Below the pieces are notes generated by a model. It ran no database searches and was not told where the DNA came from. It saw only the letters and a program-made list of their open reading frames with translations. A program made the position numbers and the translations under genes. Positions 1 to 10,999 of a stretch of DNA of 64,000 bases are shown piece by piece. The DNA comes from Chiloscyllium plagiosum (lineage: Eukaryota), in contig NC_057753.1 of the NCBI RefSeq assembly GCF_004010195.1, positions 7,374,130 through 7,438,129 of the forward strand, read 5' to 3'. The stretch's first letter is position 1. Each line of letters starts with the position of its first letter.

Positions 1-765
1 GGGGATCCTAACACAGAATTTACAGCAAAACTTTACAGTGTCAGGTCACTGAAATTATACATTGAAACATTGATTGTCTGTTAAGCCTTTCATCCGTTAG
101 AATACAGTGAGAGTTTCACTTCATTCATGTGTAAATCACAAAACCTTTTATTTAAAGTTGCATTCTCGGGTTAGCTGTTAACAATGGTGATAGATGGGCA
201 GTATGTTGAAGGTGTTAGCCCCCTGTGTTCTCTGTCTATGCCATGAATCTAACCTAAAAAGTGAGATAACAGAGTTTTACATAAATTCATGCAGTTTTTG
301 AGCTCAGAGTCCTACATGAATGCATGCAGAGTTACATTGCACTTTGCTCAAAAACTGCATGAATTTATGTAAAACTCTGTTATCTCACTTTTTAGATTAG
401 AATCAATCTAAACATCATGGCATACTGCCTAGCTATCACCATTGTTAACAGCTAAGCTGAGAATGCAACTTTTTAAATAAAGGGTTTTGTGATTTACACA
501 TGCAAGAACTGAAACTATCACTGTATTCTAACAGATGAAAGGCTTAACAGTCAATCAATTTTTCAATGTATAATTTCAGTTACATTACACTGTAAATCTT
601 TGTGATAACTTCTGTGTGTTAGGATGGAGCCCTCCACTACCATCTGATGAAGGAGTGACGCTCCAAAAGCTAGTGTGCTTCCAATTAAACCTGTTGGACT
701 ATAACCTGGTGTTGTGTGATTTTTAACTTTGTACATCCCAGTCCAACACCGGCGTCTCCAAATCA
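1..765 (+). mobile_element. Penelope-like element remnant (family A), ORF-less, folded as a large inverted repeat
   Basis: About 20-305 is the reverse complement of about 345-605. It is followed by a hammerhead-like motif (644-675) and the same terminus (ctggtgttgtgtgatttttaactttgtac..ccagtccaacacc) as the GIY-YIG-containing copies at 1400-3116 and 28160-29695. Confidence 0.7.
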
Positions 766-807
766 TAACTCCAACCAGGACAGACATTGGTCTCTTCTCA
801 CAGTTTA

Positions 808-1138
808 ATAGAATAGAATCCCTATAGTGTGGAAACAGGCCCTTCGGCCCACAAGTTCACACTGACCCTCTGAAGAGTAACCCACCGAGCCCCATTTCCC
901 CCTACCCTACATTTACCACTGACTAATGTACCTAACCTACACATCGCTGAACACTGTGGGGCAACTTAGCATAGCCAATTCACCCTAACATGCAGATCTT
1001 TGGATTTTGGGAGGAAACCTGAGCAGACGCAGGAGGAGAATGTGCACACTCCCCACAGACAGTCACCCCCCCCGAGGCTGTAATCAAATCCAGGTCACTG
1101 GCGCAGTGAAGCGGCAGTGCTAACCACCGTGCCGCCCC
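808..1138 (-). mobile_element. tRNA-derived SINE (HE1/V-SINE-like)
   Basis: The minus strand has a tRNA-like head with A box (tggttagcac) and a degenerate B box, a conserved central domain, and a CR1-like 3' tail (ggccgaagggcctgtttccacact..attcta). Confidence 0.85.
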
Positions 1139-2103
1139 AGCCATTGTGCCGTGAGTTTAAATCCCAGACTGATGTTGGGAAACCCCTTTGAACAGGGTGA
1201 GAGGAGGATATCCGCGCGACTGAGTGGGACTAGCACGGAATTAAAGTAACTGGCAGGAGAAATTGCTGGAGGAACACAGCAGGTCTGGCAGCATCCATGG
1301 AGAGAAAGCAGAGCTAACATATAAGATGAAGGGTTGAATTTCTTCAGCCATTTTGTTTCAGAGTTCCAGCAACCACAAGTCTGTTTTATTTAAGATGTGC
1401 AGGTGCCAGTGTGTTGGACTGTGGTGGACAAAATAAAAAATCACACAACACCAGGTTATAGGTTTATTCGGAGGTATAAGCATTCCGAGCGCAGCTTCTT
1501 CAAGAGGTAACTAGTGGAGTAGGATCATAGTGTCATACACTGATGCAATATATTGAACAAACCTAAATTGCTGTTAAGTCTTTCATCTTTTAGAATGGTA
1601 TTGAAGGTTTTGAATCATCATTATGTAAATGCCACAATTTTTTTAAGTCACATTCTCAAGAAAACTTAAGGTTTTATGAGAAAAAGTGACAACTCAGACA
1701 GTGCACTAAAGGTGTGAGATTAGAGTCTGGATGTATTCCAATCTTGATTCAGACTGGTTCTATTTCCAAAGTAGGAATTTATAAAACAGCACATGGATTA
1801 TAAAATATATTGGCTGCCTACAGATTGTTTGCTTTTTGCAAATGTAAATTCACCCCAAACAATTTTGCAAATGTAAATTCACCCCAAAGACTTATACGCG
1901 TGCGTGTATGCACGTGAGGGAGAGAGAGAATGGGAGAATGTGTGTGTGCGTGTGTGTTTGAGTGCATGTTAGTGTGTGCGTGAGTGTATATGCCTATGAC
2001 AGGATATGAGTGTAGGGGGTGTGAGTGCTTGAGAAGGTGTGTGTATGAGAGACAGTCTGCATGAGTGTGTGTATACGTGTGCTTGTGTGAGAGTGTATAG
2101 TGT

Positions 2104-2265
2104 TGTGGTTCTGTTCGCCGAGCTGGGAATTTGTGTTGCAGATGTTTCGTCCCCTGTCTAGGTTTGGCTTGTCCTATAATAGTAGTGTTGTCCCAGTCAA
2201 ACTCATGTTGCCTGTCATCTGCGTGTGTGGCTACTAAGGATAGCTGGTCGTGTCGTTTCATGGCT
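2104..2265 (-). mobile_element. Nested Penelope-like fragment (family C) with 12-bp TSD
   Basis: Matches the element at 51705-52130 (KRHDQLSLVATH..HEFDWDNTTIIGQAK). Flanked by agtgtatagtgt at 2092-2103 and 2266-2277. Confidence 0.75.
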
Positions 2266-3027
2266 AGTGTATAGTGTAGTGGGATCTTCGGGTGACCATC
2301 CTCCAAACTGAACTTAGGGATACGCAACAATGCAGAGTGGTCAAGGAGAGGCTGATAGCCAAGTTTGGTACCCATGGGAATGACCGCAACCGGGACCTTA
2401 GGTTCATGTCACACTACAGGTGACCCCACTGCACTATACACTCACACACACATTCACGCATGAGCACACACCACCTACACTCATACCCATGCACACACCC
2501 TCTCACAGGCATATACTCCATCACATTCATGCATGCGCACTATCAAGCAAGCATGCGCACACACACACAAACTCACAATCTCTTCCAATCTCCCACACAC
2601 CATACTACACACTCTCCCTCACCTGCATGCACACACAAATAAGTCTATGCAGTGAATTTGCATTTGCAGAAATGTATTTGCAGATACATTCTAGTTTGTT
2701 CAAAAAATCTGTAGGCAGTAAATATTTTTATAATCCATATGATATTTTATAAAGTCCTACTTTGGAAGTAGAATCAGTCTGACTCAAGATTGGAATAAAT
2801 ATAGACTCTAACCTAACATCTTTAATACATTGTTTAAGCTGAGACGTCACTTTTTTTTATAAAACCTTAAATTATCTCAGGAATGAGACTTGAAAGAAGT
2901 TCTGGGTTCTGCATGTTAGTGAATCGAAATCTGTAACCCATTGCAAAAGATGAAAGACTTAACAACAATCTAAGTTTGTTCAATATATTGCATCAATTGT
3001 ATGACACTATAATCCTACTCTGTGAGC

Positions 3028-3063
3028 TACCTGATGAAGAAACAGTATTCTGAAAGCTAGTAA
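3028..3063 (+). ncRNA. Minimal type I hammerhead ribozyme motif in Penelope pseudo-LTR
   Basis: tac-CTGATGA-agaa(acagta)ttct-GAAA-gcTA-gta: intact catalytic core, stem I tac/gta, 4-bp stem II and a palindromic AGCT in place of stem III. Confidence 0.7.
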
Positions 3064-3157
3064 TTCCAAATAAACCCGTTGGACTATAACCTGGTGTCAT
3101 GTGTGTTTTAACTTTGTTTTATTTAAAACTAAGAATACTTTTGTCAGTGCATATTTC

Positions 3158-3487
3158 GATTAGATTCCCTACAGTGAGGAAGCAGGCCCTTCGGCCCAAC
3201 AAGTCCACACCGTCCTTCCGAAGAGTAACCCACCCAGACCCATTCCCATAGCCTATATTTACCCCTGACTAATGCATCTAACACTATGGGGCAATTTAGC
3301 ACAGCCTATCCGCCCTAACCTGCACATCTTTGGGTTATGGGAGGAAACCGGAGCACCCGGAGGAAACCCACATACACAGGGGAGAATGTGTAAACTCCAC
3401 ACAGACAGTCAACCGAGGGTGGAATCGAACCCGAGTCCCTGGCTCTGCGAGGCCGCAATGCTGATCACTGAGCCACTGTGCCACCCC
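3158..3487 (-). mobile_element. tRNA-derived SINE (HE1/V-SINE-like)
   Basis: The minus strand starts ggggtggcacagtggctcagtgatcagc.. with B box ggttcgattcc. Same body and tail as the other copies. Confidence 0.88.
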
Positions 3488-3594
3488 TAATGGGTCTTTT
3501 ATCTACTCTGATGGTATAAATATATTGAGAATTCAAATTTTTGTTTTTTTTCTAAATTTCTGTCCTGATATTGATTGGTTAAATAAACTCTTAT

Positions 3595-4290
3595 AGTCAT
3601 ACAAAGCAAGTCCCATGATGCCGCAGCACTGAAGAGGCCCTTTGGCCTGTATAGTCTGTGCTGATCTAGCTGCACGAAGCCCACTTTCCAGCATTTGCTC
3701 ATCCTAGTGCAACTACTATCCTTCCAGGCAGTGCAATGCAGTTTCCAAACACACTCTGGGTGATATATAAAAAAAGTTAAATCCTCTCGAACCCTCCTGC
3801 AATGTGCTTTAAATTTACCCCCTCTTGTTGTTGACCCCTTAACTGAAAGGAACAATTGCTTCCTATCCGTGCCTCTCAATATCTTATGTACCTCGATCAG
3901 GTTTCCCCATCAGCCTTGTCTGCTCTAAAGGAAACAACTCAAGCCTGTTCAGCATCTTTTCACAGACACTTCAGCATCACTGTGACAAAACCTCTCCGCA
4001 AGAGAACGCAGAACACATCCCTTAAAAGCACATTAGATTCACAAAACAATCCTAACAGATCGGGTCCCTCTCCATAACTCAGTCCTGACATCCCAGGAAT
4101 CAGTCTAGTAAACTTCCTTTGCACTATGTTAATCACCAGGACGTCATTCCCAGGAAAAGGAGAACTAAAATGCGCACAATATTTGCAGGTGTGGTTTCAC
4201 CAAGGTCCTTCCAGAAAGAGATCCCTGCTCTTGGACTCGAATCATCTCACTGTAAAGGCCAAAGTATCATTTGCATTCTTTACCTGCTAG
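3595..4290 (-). mobile_element. Degraded CR1 LINE 3' fragments
   Basis: The minus strand resembles the CR1 ORF2 C-terminus (MRGTDR..LF..VKGSTTRG..FK) and its 3' UTR. Confidence 0.55.
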
Positions 4291-4881
4291 CTTACTGAAA
4301 AAGAGTCGCAGAAAAAACACGAGACAAAATGGCTTCAGACACTTTGATATAAAATTTGTTGAATAAAAAATGTCCGCAACCTCTCCATGCTGATCATCAA
4401 GCTCCTTAGTTACATTAGCCTCATTTTCTGGCATTCAGCCTGTAACCTATACTGTAGTGCTTTGCACGATCATGTAAATAATTCTTCAAGATTAGAATTG
4501 TACCTGCAACAGTTGCCATTTCAGTTGCTGCCAGACTGCTGAGGATCTCCACAAGTTCAGACTTCCACTATCTATCTTCTGCACTTCTGCTTAATCCATC
4601 AGAGGGATCAGAGGGTATGGGATGTGTACAGGAATAGTTTGGAGTTGTCGATCAATAAATTGCCCTTACCCTCACAAACAATTTATGACAGACATTTATG
4701 AACCACTTTTAAGGATAGTCCAATGGTTTCTGCAGATGTCAGCTCCACAATTGTCCAGATTAACTTCTCTAAATTTCAAACAATGTCTTTTCTTCTGGTT
4801 TCTCGCTTACTGTGTTTGCTTTCTGTTTGAAAGGTTGACATGCAATCGGAGAACTCTCATCCAAATCAGTTACTCTGCTAA

Positions 4882-5952
4882 TTGGAACGTAATTATCTTA
4901 GGATTTTGAACACTGAAGAAAATTGCACTGTTCATATTGGAGCGAAACACAAATGCTGTGTTTGCGGAAGAGTCTATGAAGATATATCTGAAATGTCCAA
5001 ACACCAGCGCAGTCATATTGGGGAGAGACTGTGGAAATGTGGGGATTGCGGGAAGGGATTTCTCTACCCATCCCAGTTGAAAATTCACCAGCGCAGTCAC
5101 ACTGGGGAGAGACCGTTCATCTGCGCTAACTGTGGTAAGAGATTCACTCAGAAGGCAAACCTGCTCAAACACCAGCGAGTTCACTCTGGAGAGAGACCGT
5201 TAACCTGCTCTGAATGTGGGAAGGGATTCGCTCAGTCATCCAACCTGCTGATACACCAGCGGGTGCACTCTCGGGAGAGACCATTCACCTGCTCTGAGTG
5301 CGGGAAGGGCTTCACTCAGTCAACTGACCTGCTCAAACACCAGCGCGTTCACACCGGGGAAATCCCATTCACTTGCACTCAGTGTGGGAAGGGATTCACT
5401 CGGTCATCTGACCTGCTCAAACACCAGCGTGTTCACTCTGGGGAGAGACCGTTCACCTGCTCTGACTGTGGGAAAGCATTCGCTCAGACAACTGACCTGC
5501 TGAGACACAAGCGAGTTCACACTGGGGAGAAACCATTCACCTGCTCGGAATGTGGGAAGGCATTCACTCAGTCTTCCCACCTGCTGAGGCACCAGCGCGT
5601 TCACACCGGGGAGAGACCATTTACCTGCTCTGAGTGTGGGAAGGGATTCGCTCAGTCATCCAACCTGCTGATCCACCAGCGCGTTCACTCTGGGGAGAGA
5701 CCGTTCACCTGCTCTGAATGTGGGAAGGGATTCACTCAGACAACGGACCTGCTGATCCACCAGCGCGTTCACTCTGGGGAGAGACCGTTCACCTGCTCTG
5801 TGTGTGGGAAGGGATTCACTCGGTCAGCCAAACTGCAGAGACACCAGCTCATTCACTCCAGGGAGAGGCCATTCACCTGCTCTGAGTGTGGCAAAGGCTT
5901 TGCTGATTCGTCCAATCTGTTGGCACACCGACACCTTCACCCTGGGGAATAA
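4882..5952 (+). CDS. C2H2 (Kruppel-type) zinc finger protein, 12 tandem fingers, no KRAB/SCAN in this exon
   Basis: Uninterrupted CxxC-x12-HxxxH repeats with TGERPF linkers. In-frame TAA at 4879 and first ATG at 4993 (11 full fingers follow). Polypyrimidine tract plus AG acceptor at 4832-4833. Degenerate fingers continue in the 3' UTR to about 6180. Confidence 0.93.
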   Translation: MERNYLRILNTEENCTVHIGAKHKCCVCGRVYEDISEMSKHQRSHIGERLWKCGDCGKGFLYPSQLKIHQRSHTGERPFICANCGKRFTQKANLLKHQRVHSGERPLTCSECGKGFAQSSNLLIHQRVHSRERPFTCSECGKGFTQSTDLLKHQRVHTGEIPFTCTQCGKGFTRSSDLLKHQRVHSGERPFTCSDCGKAFAQTTDLLRHKRVHTGEKPFTCSECGKAFTQSSHLLRHQRVHTGERPFTCSECGKGFAQSSNLLIHQRVHSGERPFTCSECGKGFTQTTDLLIHQRVHSGERPFTCSVCGKGFTRSAKLQRHQLIHSRERPFTCSECGKGFADSSNLLAHRHLHPGE

Positions 5953-7419
5953 GCAATCTGCTGCGCTCAGTGAGAAGTCATTTACTCAAATCACTCGTCT
6001 ACGGGTAGGAGCTGTTCACCTGCTCAGAGCGTGGGAAAGTCATTTCATTTGCATCCCACATGCTAATACAGCAGTGAGCTCACACTGAGGAGAAACTGTG
6101 CACTCGCTCTGTATACGGGAAGGAATCACTTTGTCATCCATCCGGTTCACACACTAGTGAGTTCACAAAGATCTGCAGCTGAAAGACTTTTCCTCTTCCT
6201 CACACCAATGAACGAATCATAGTCATTGAGCCGTTTGTACTGATGTTATCAAACACTGCATCATTAAAAGTGCTGATATCATGATTAACACGTTAATACA
6301 ATTGTGTATCTTTTTTCCAATTGATTAAAACATCACTTTACATCAGCACATTGACACTGGGTATGTACTATCCACCTACACAGTGTGTGAATTAGGGATG
6401 TTCTAACTACGAAGGAGACAATCAGTATGCCTTGCATGATCAGTTGGGGAGCAGGCATATCCAGAGTGAAGTATTACCCGTCTGAGTGGTGATGCTGTAA
6501 ATTTAGGGCACTATTGCAATTCTGTGCAAAGGAAAGGGGTGCTTTGTTTGTCTAGATCATCATTTGTAAGGTCATCTTTTTCAGGGTTTACTTTTTGTAA
6601 GGCAGTATTCTTCAACTTCGACTGAGCTGTCTGAAAGGATTCCTAGTTTAAGAGCTGCAAATTTGGAGGACTGATGACTGGGAAACAAATGAAAACAGTG
6701 ACACAACAATTAACTGGTGCATTGGTTAATTCATGATTTTAAAAAAAAGTACAAGAAGAGCTAATGTAAGAAACCATGGTCGCAGAGCTCGCACCAGTGT
6801 TGTGCTGCTAGTGTGGTCTGTAGCAAACAACGGAAGCTGCAGTGGTCCGCAGTCCCAAATGTGAAGGAAACGAGTGAGCCACGTTTATAAGAAAGGTTTC
6901 TGTAAAAGGGTCAGTGGACCCGAAACATTAATTTTCCACAAATGTTGTCAGATCGTTTGAATTTTCCTTTAAAACAATTTCTGCTTTTGTTTCTCATTTC
7001 CAGCATCTGCAATTCTTTCGTATTTTTTTGTCCCGTTTTGATGGAACATTTTCCTAGACTTCCAGAGCTCTAAAACCAATTAAGTCATAGTCTCGAATTC
7101 CAACAAAGTGCTGGATAATTCTTTCCCTGGAAACAACTTGGAACAACTGGAGAGCGTGCTCCTGCCCTCAAGTCTCATTCAAACCAAAGAAACACCAAAA
7201 AAAATGATGGATGTTGGAAATCAGAAACAAAAGCAGACATTATTTTCAAAAAAACAAAATGCTGGAAAAGCACAGCAGGTCTGGCAGCATCTGAGGAGAG
7301 AAATCAGAGTTACGTTTTCAGGTTCAGTGACCTTTCCTCAGAACAGGTCCAAGCCTGTCAGCAATTTCCTTTTGAGGTTGACATACAAACCAGCAGATTG
7401 ATAGCTCAACAACCATGAT

Positions 7420-7527
7420 AGGGAGGTGCCTGTGTTGGACAAGGTCAAAAATCACACAACACTACATTATAATCCAACAGGTTTATTTGAAAGCACTAGT
7501 ATTTGGAGCGCTGCTCCTTCAAGTGTT
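7420..7527 (-). mobile_element. Penelope family A terminus (resumes at about 8385-8580 after a CR1 insertion)
   Basis: Matches 1400-1500 and 28160-28280. 8440-8570 matches the inner arm at 1780-1900. Confidence 0.65.
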
Positions 7528-7529
7528 AC

Positions 7530-8385
7530 TGAGAGAGTCAAGAGTCATCAAGATGTACAGCACAGAAACAGACCTGTCGGTCCAACTTGTCCATGCCAAT
7601 CAGACATCCCAACCTAACCTAGTTCCAATTGCCAGCACCCGGCGCATATCCCTCCAAATCCTTCCTATTCATATACCCATCCAGATGCCTGTTAAATTTT
7701 ACAATTGCACTAGCCTCCATCACTTCATCTGGCAGCTCATTCCATATACACACTGCATGAAAAAGTTGTCCGTTAGGTCTCTTATTATCTTTCCCCTCTC
7801 ACGCCAGACCTATGCCCTCTTGTTCTGGACTCCTCCTCTTCAGGGAAAAGACCTTGTCTACTTATCCTATCTGTCACCCTCATGATTTTATAAACATCCA
7901 TAAGGTCACCCCTCAGCCTCCTACACTCCAGGGAAAATAGCCCCAGCCTATTCAGCCTCTCCCTATAGCTCAAAGCCTCCATCCTGGCAACATCCTTCTA
8001 AATCTTTTCTGAACCCTTTCAAGTTTCACAGCATCCTTCCAATAAGAGGGAGGCTAGAATTGCACACAAAATATTCCAAAAGTGGCCTAACCAATGTCCT
8101 GTATAGCCACAACATGACCTCTCAACTCCTACACTGAATGCTCTGACCAAAGAAGGCAAGCATATCAAACACCACCTTCACTGTTCTATCTACCTGCAAC
8201 TCCACTTTCAAGGAGCTATGAACCTGCACTCCAAGGTCTCTTTGTTCAGCAACACTTCCCAACACCCTACCATTAAGTGTACAAGTCCTGCTCTGAGTTG
8301 CCTTTCAAAATGCAGCACATCACATTTATCTAAATTAAACTCCATCTGCTACTCCTCAGCTCATTGGACAATCTGATTCCGGTCA
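7530..8385 (-). mobile_element. CR1 LINE 3' fragment
   Basis: Minus [27 protein letters not shown].. is typical of the CR1 ORF2 C-terminus. The 3' tail is ctct(a/t)tgactct. Confidence 0.9.
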
Positions 8386-8579
8386 GACAATCCATTTTAG
8401 GTGTGAATGCTTGTTTGAAGTATGTCTGTGTCTTTTGTTTCCAAAGGAAGAGTTTATAAAAATGCCACATTGACTGACTGTCTACAAGTTGTGTGTTTTT
8501 TGAACAAAATACAATATATCTCCAAAAACAAATCCGCAAAAGCAAATTCACCCACAGATTTATATTTGTGTGCATGTGT

Positions 8580-10995
8580 AAGAGAGAGGGAATATCTGTG
8601 CGAGTGTGATGGAGTCTGTGCATCTGAGACTGTGTGTATGAGATGCAGTGTTTGTCTGAGAGTGTGTGAGGAAGTCTATGCATCTGAGAGAGTGTTTGAG
8701 TGCTCTGTGTGTGTGTTTTAGAGAAAATGAGGGAGTACATGTATCTGAGAGTGCATATATGAGATGCTCTGTGTGTGTTTTTGTGAATGTGAAGGAATAT
8801 GTGCGTCAGAGAGAGTGTGTGAGATGCTGTGTGTGTGTTTAAGACAGTGTGAGGGAGTACACGTATCTGAGATGCTGTGTGTGTATGTGTTGTGTTTCAG
8901 AAAGTGTGAGGGTGTCTATGAATCAGAACGACTATATGAGATGCTGTGTATTTGTGTACTTAAGAGACTATGAGGGGGTCTGTGCGGGAATCTATGCATC
9001 TGAGAATGTGTGTGTTTGGGAGAGTGTCTGTCTATACGATGCTTGGTTGTGTGTTTGAGGGAGTCTATGCATCTGAGAGAGTGTGTCTGAGATGCTGTGT
9101 GTCTGAGAGAGTGTAAGGGAGTCTATGCATCTGAGAGACTGGGTATGAGGTGCTGTGTGTGAGTTCCAGAGAATGTGAGGGAGTCTATGCATCTGAGAGT
9201 GAGTGTGTATGAAATGCTGTGTGTGTTTGAGAGAGACCGAGGGAGTACAAGCATCTGATGCTGTTTGTGTGTTTTAGACAGTATGAGGGAGTCTATGTAT
9301 CTGAAAGAGTCTGTATGAAATGCTGTGTATGTGTTTGCAAAAGTGTGAGGGAATTGATGCATCTGAAAGGCTGTGTACTCTTTGCTACCTTCCCCCACCC
9401 TCCTCCCTGACCTATCACCTCCATCCCCACCCCCTCATTTATCTCTCCACTCTGCAGGCACCCTGCCCCTATTCCTGATGAAGGGCTTTTGCCCAAAATG
9501 TGGTTTTCCTGCTCCTCAGATGCTGCCTGGCATGCTGCGCTTTTCCTGCGCCACTCTAATCTAGACTCTGTGTATGAGATGCTGTTTGTGTGAGTTTCAG
9601 AGAGCATGAGGGAGTCTATGCATCTGAGAGTGTATGAGATGCTGTGTGAGGATGTGTTTATGTGCACGCACGCATTTGGGAGAGTCAGAGGGATTACATG
9701 CATCTCAGAGATTGTATGAGACGCTGTGTGTGTGTTTCAGACAGTGTGAGGGAGATTAAATATCAGAGAGTGTGTATGAGATGCTGTGTGTGTTTGTGTT
9801 TGAGAGTGTGTGAGGGAATCTATGCATCTGAGAGACTGTGTCTGAGACGCTGTGTGTGGAAGTGTATTCATCTGTGAGAGTGTGTATAAGATGCTTTGTG
9901 TGTAAGAGATTGAGAGTGTGTGGCAGTACATGCATCGCAGAGTGTGTGTTTGAGATGCTATCTGTGTGTTTTTAAGAGAATGTGAGGGAGTTCATCCATC
10001 TGAGAGATTGTGTATGAGATGCAATGTGTAAATGTGTGCGTGTGTGTGAATGTTTGAGAGTGTGAGGGAGTGTGTAAATGATGCTGTGTGTGCTTCAGAC
10101 AGTGTGATGGAGTCTATGTATCTGAGAGAATGTGAATGAGATGTTGTGCGTGTATGTGCTTGAGAGAATGCATGAGATCGTGTCTGTGAGAGTGTGAGGG
10201 AGTCTATGCATCTAAGAGAATGTCTATGAGATGCTGAATGTATGTGTGTTTGAGATTGTGAGGGAGTACATCCAGCTCATGAGTGTGTACGTGATGCTGT
10301 GTGTGTGTGTTTGAGAGAAACGGAAGGAGTACATGCATGTGAAAGAGTGTAAATGACATTGTGTGTGTGAGATTGAGGGAGTCTATGCATCTGAGAGAGT
10401 TTATGAAATACTGTCGTTTTGTGTTTTTGTGAGAATGTGTGAGATGCTGTTTGTGTGTACACGTGTGTTTTGAGCAAATGTGAAGGTGTACATGCATCTG
10501 AGAAAAATGTGTATGAGATACTGTGTGTTTGAGAGAGTGTGAGGGAGTACATACATCTCAGAGAGTGTGTGTCCGTGTGTTTGAGAGAAACCAAGAGGGT
10601 ACATGCATCTGATGCTGTGTGTGTCTCAGACAGTGTGAGAGAGTGTATGCATCAGAGAAAATGTGTATGAGATGCTGTGTGTTTGTGTGTTTGAGAGAAT
10701 AAGATCCTGTGTGCGTGTTTGAGTGTGAGGAAGTCTATGCATCGAAGAGATTGTCTATGAAATGCTGAATGAATGTGTGTTTGAGATTGTGAAATAGTAC
10801 ATGCATCTCAGAAAGTGTGTATGAGATGCTGTATGTGTGTGTGTTTGAGAGAGACTGAGGAGTATGTGCATCTGATGCTGTGTGTGTGTGTGTGTTTGAG
10901 ACATTGTGAGGGCGACTGCAATCTGAGAATGTGTGTATGAAACCCTGAGTGTGTGTGCATTTGAAAGTGTGAGGGATTCTATGAATCTGAGCAAG
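8580..10995. repeat. TG-rich degenerate satellite, ~60-bp unit (block 1)
   Basis: Recurrent unit gagagtgtgagggagtctatgcatctgagagagtgtgtatgagatgctgtgtgtgtgttt, with gagtctatgcatct recurring at 9061, 9119 and 9181. Confidence 0.9.
9374..9566 (+). mobile_element. Penelope family B 3' fragment with degenerate hammerhead motif
   Basis: C-rich tract followed by CTGATGAagggcttttgcccAAAAtgtgg and ctcagatgctgcctgg..cttttcc. Interrupts the satellite. Confidence 0.6.
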
Positions 10996-10999
10996 TGTG

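Larger units (their letters stand above)
1400..3116 (+). mobile_element. Penelope-like element (family A) with inverted pseudo-LTR arms and GIY-YIG C-terminal fragment
   Basis: Arms 1400-2100 and 2430-3116 are inverted copies, including (TG)n/(CA)n tracts. 2286-2422 (+) encodes LRVTILQ..ERLIAKFGTHG..DLRFMSHYR*, matching the GIY-YIG ORF at 28790-29188. Confidence 0.8.

Noticed and set aside
1400..3116. DNA transposon with long TIRs
   Set aside because: The internal coding piece is GIY-YIG and the arms carry hammerhead motifs, which fits Penelope inverted pseudo-LTRs. No transposase was seen.
4870..5604. Antisense ORFs over the ZNF gene
   Set aside because: Shadow ORFs of the repetitive finger codons.
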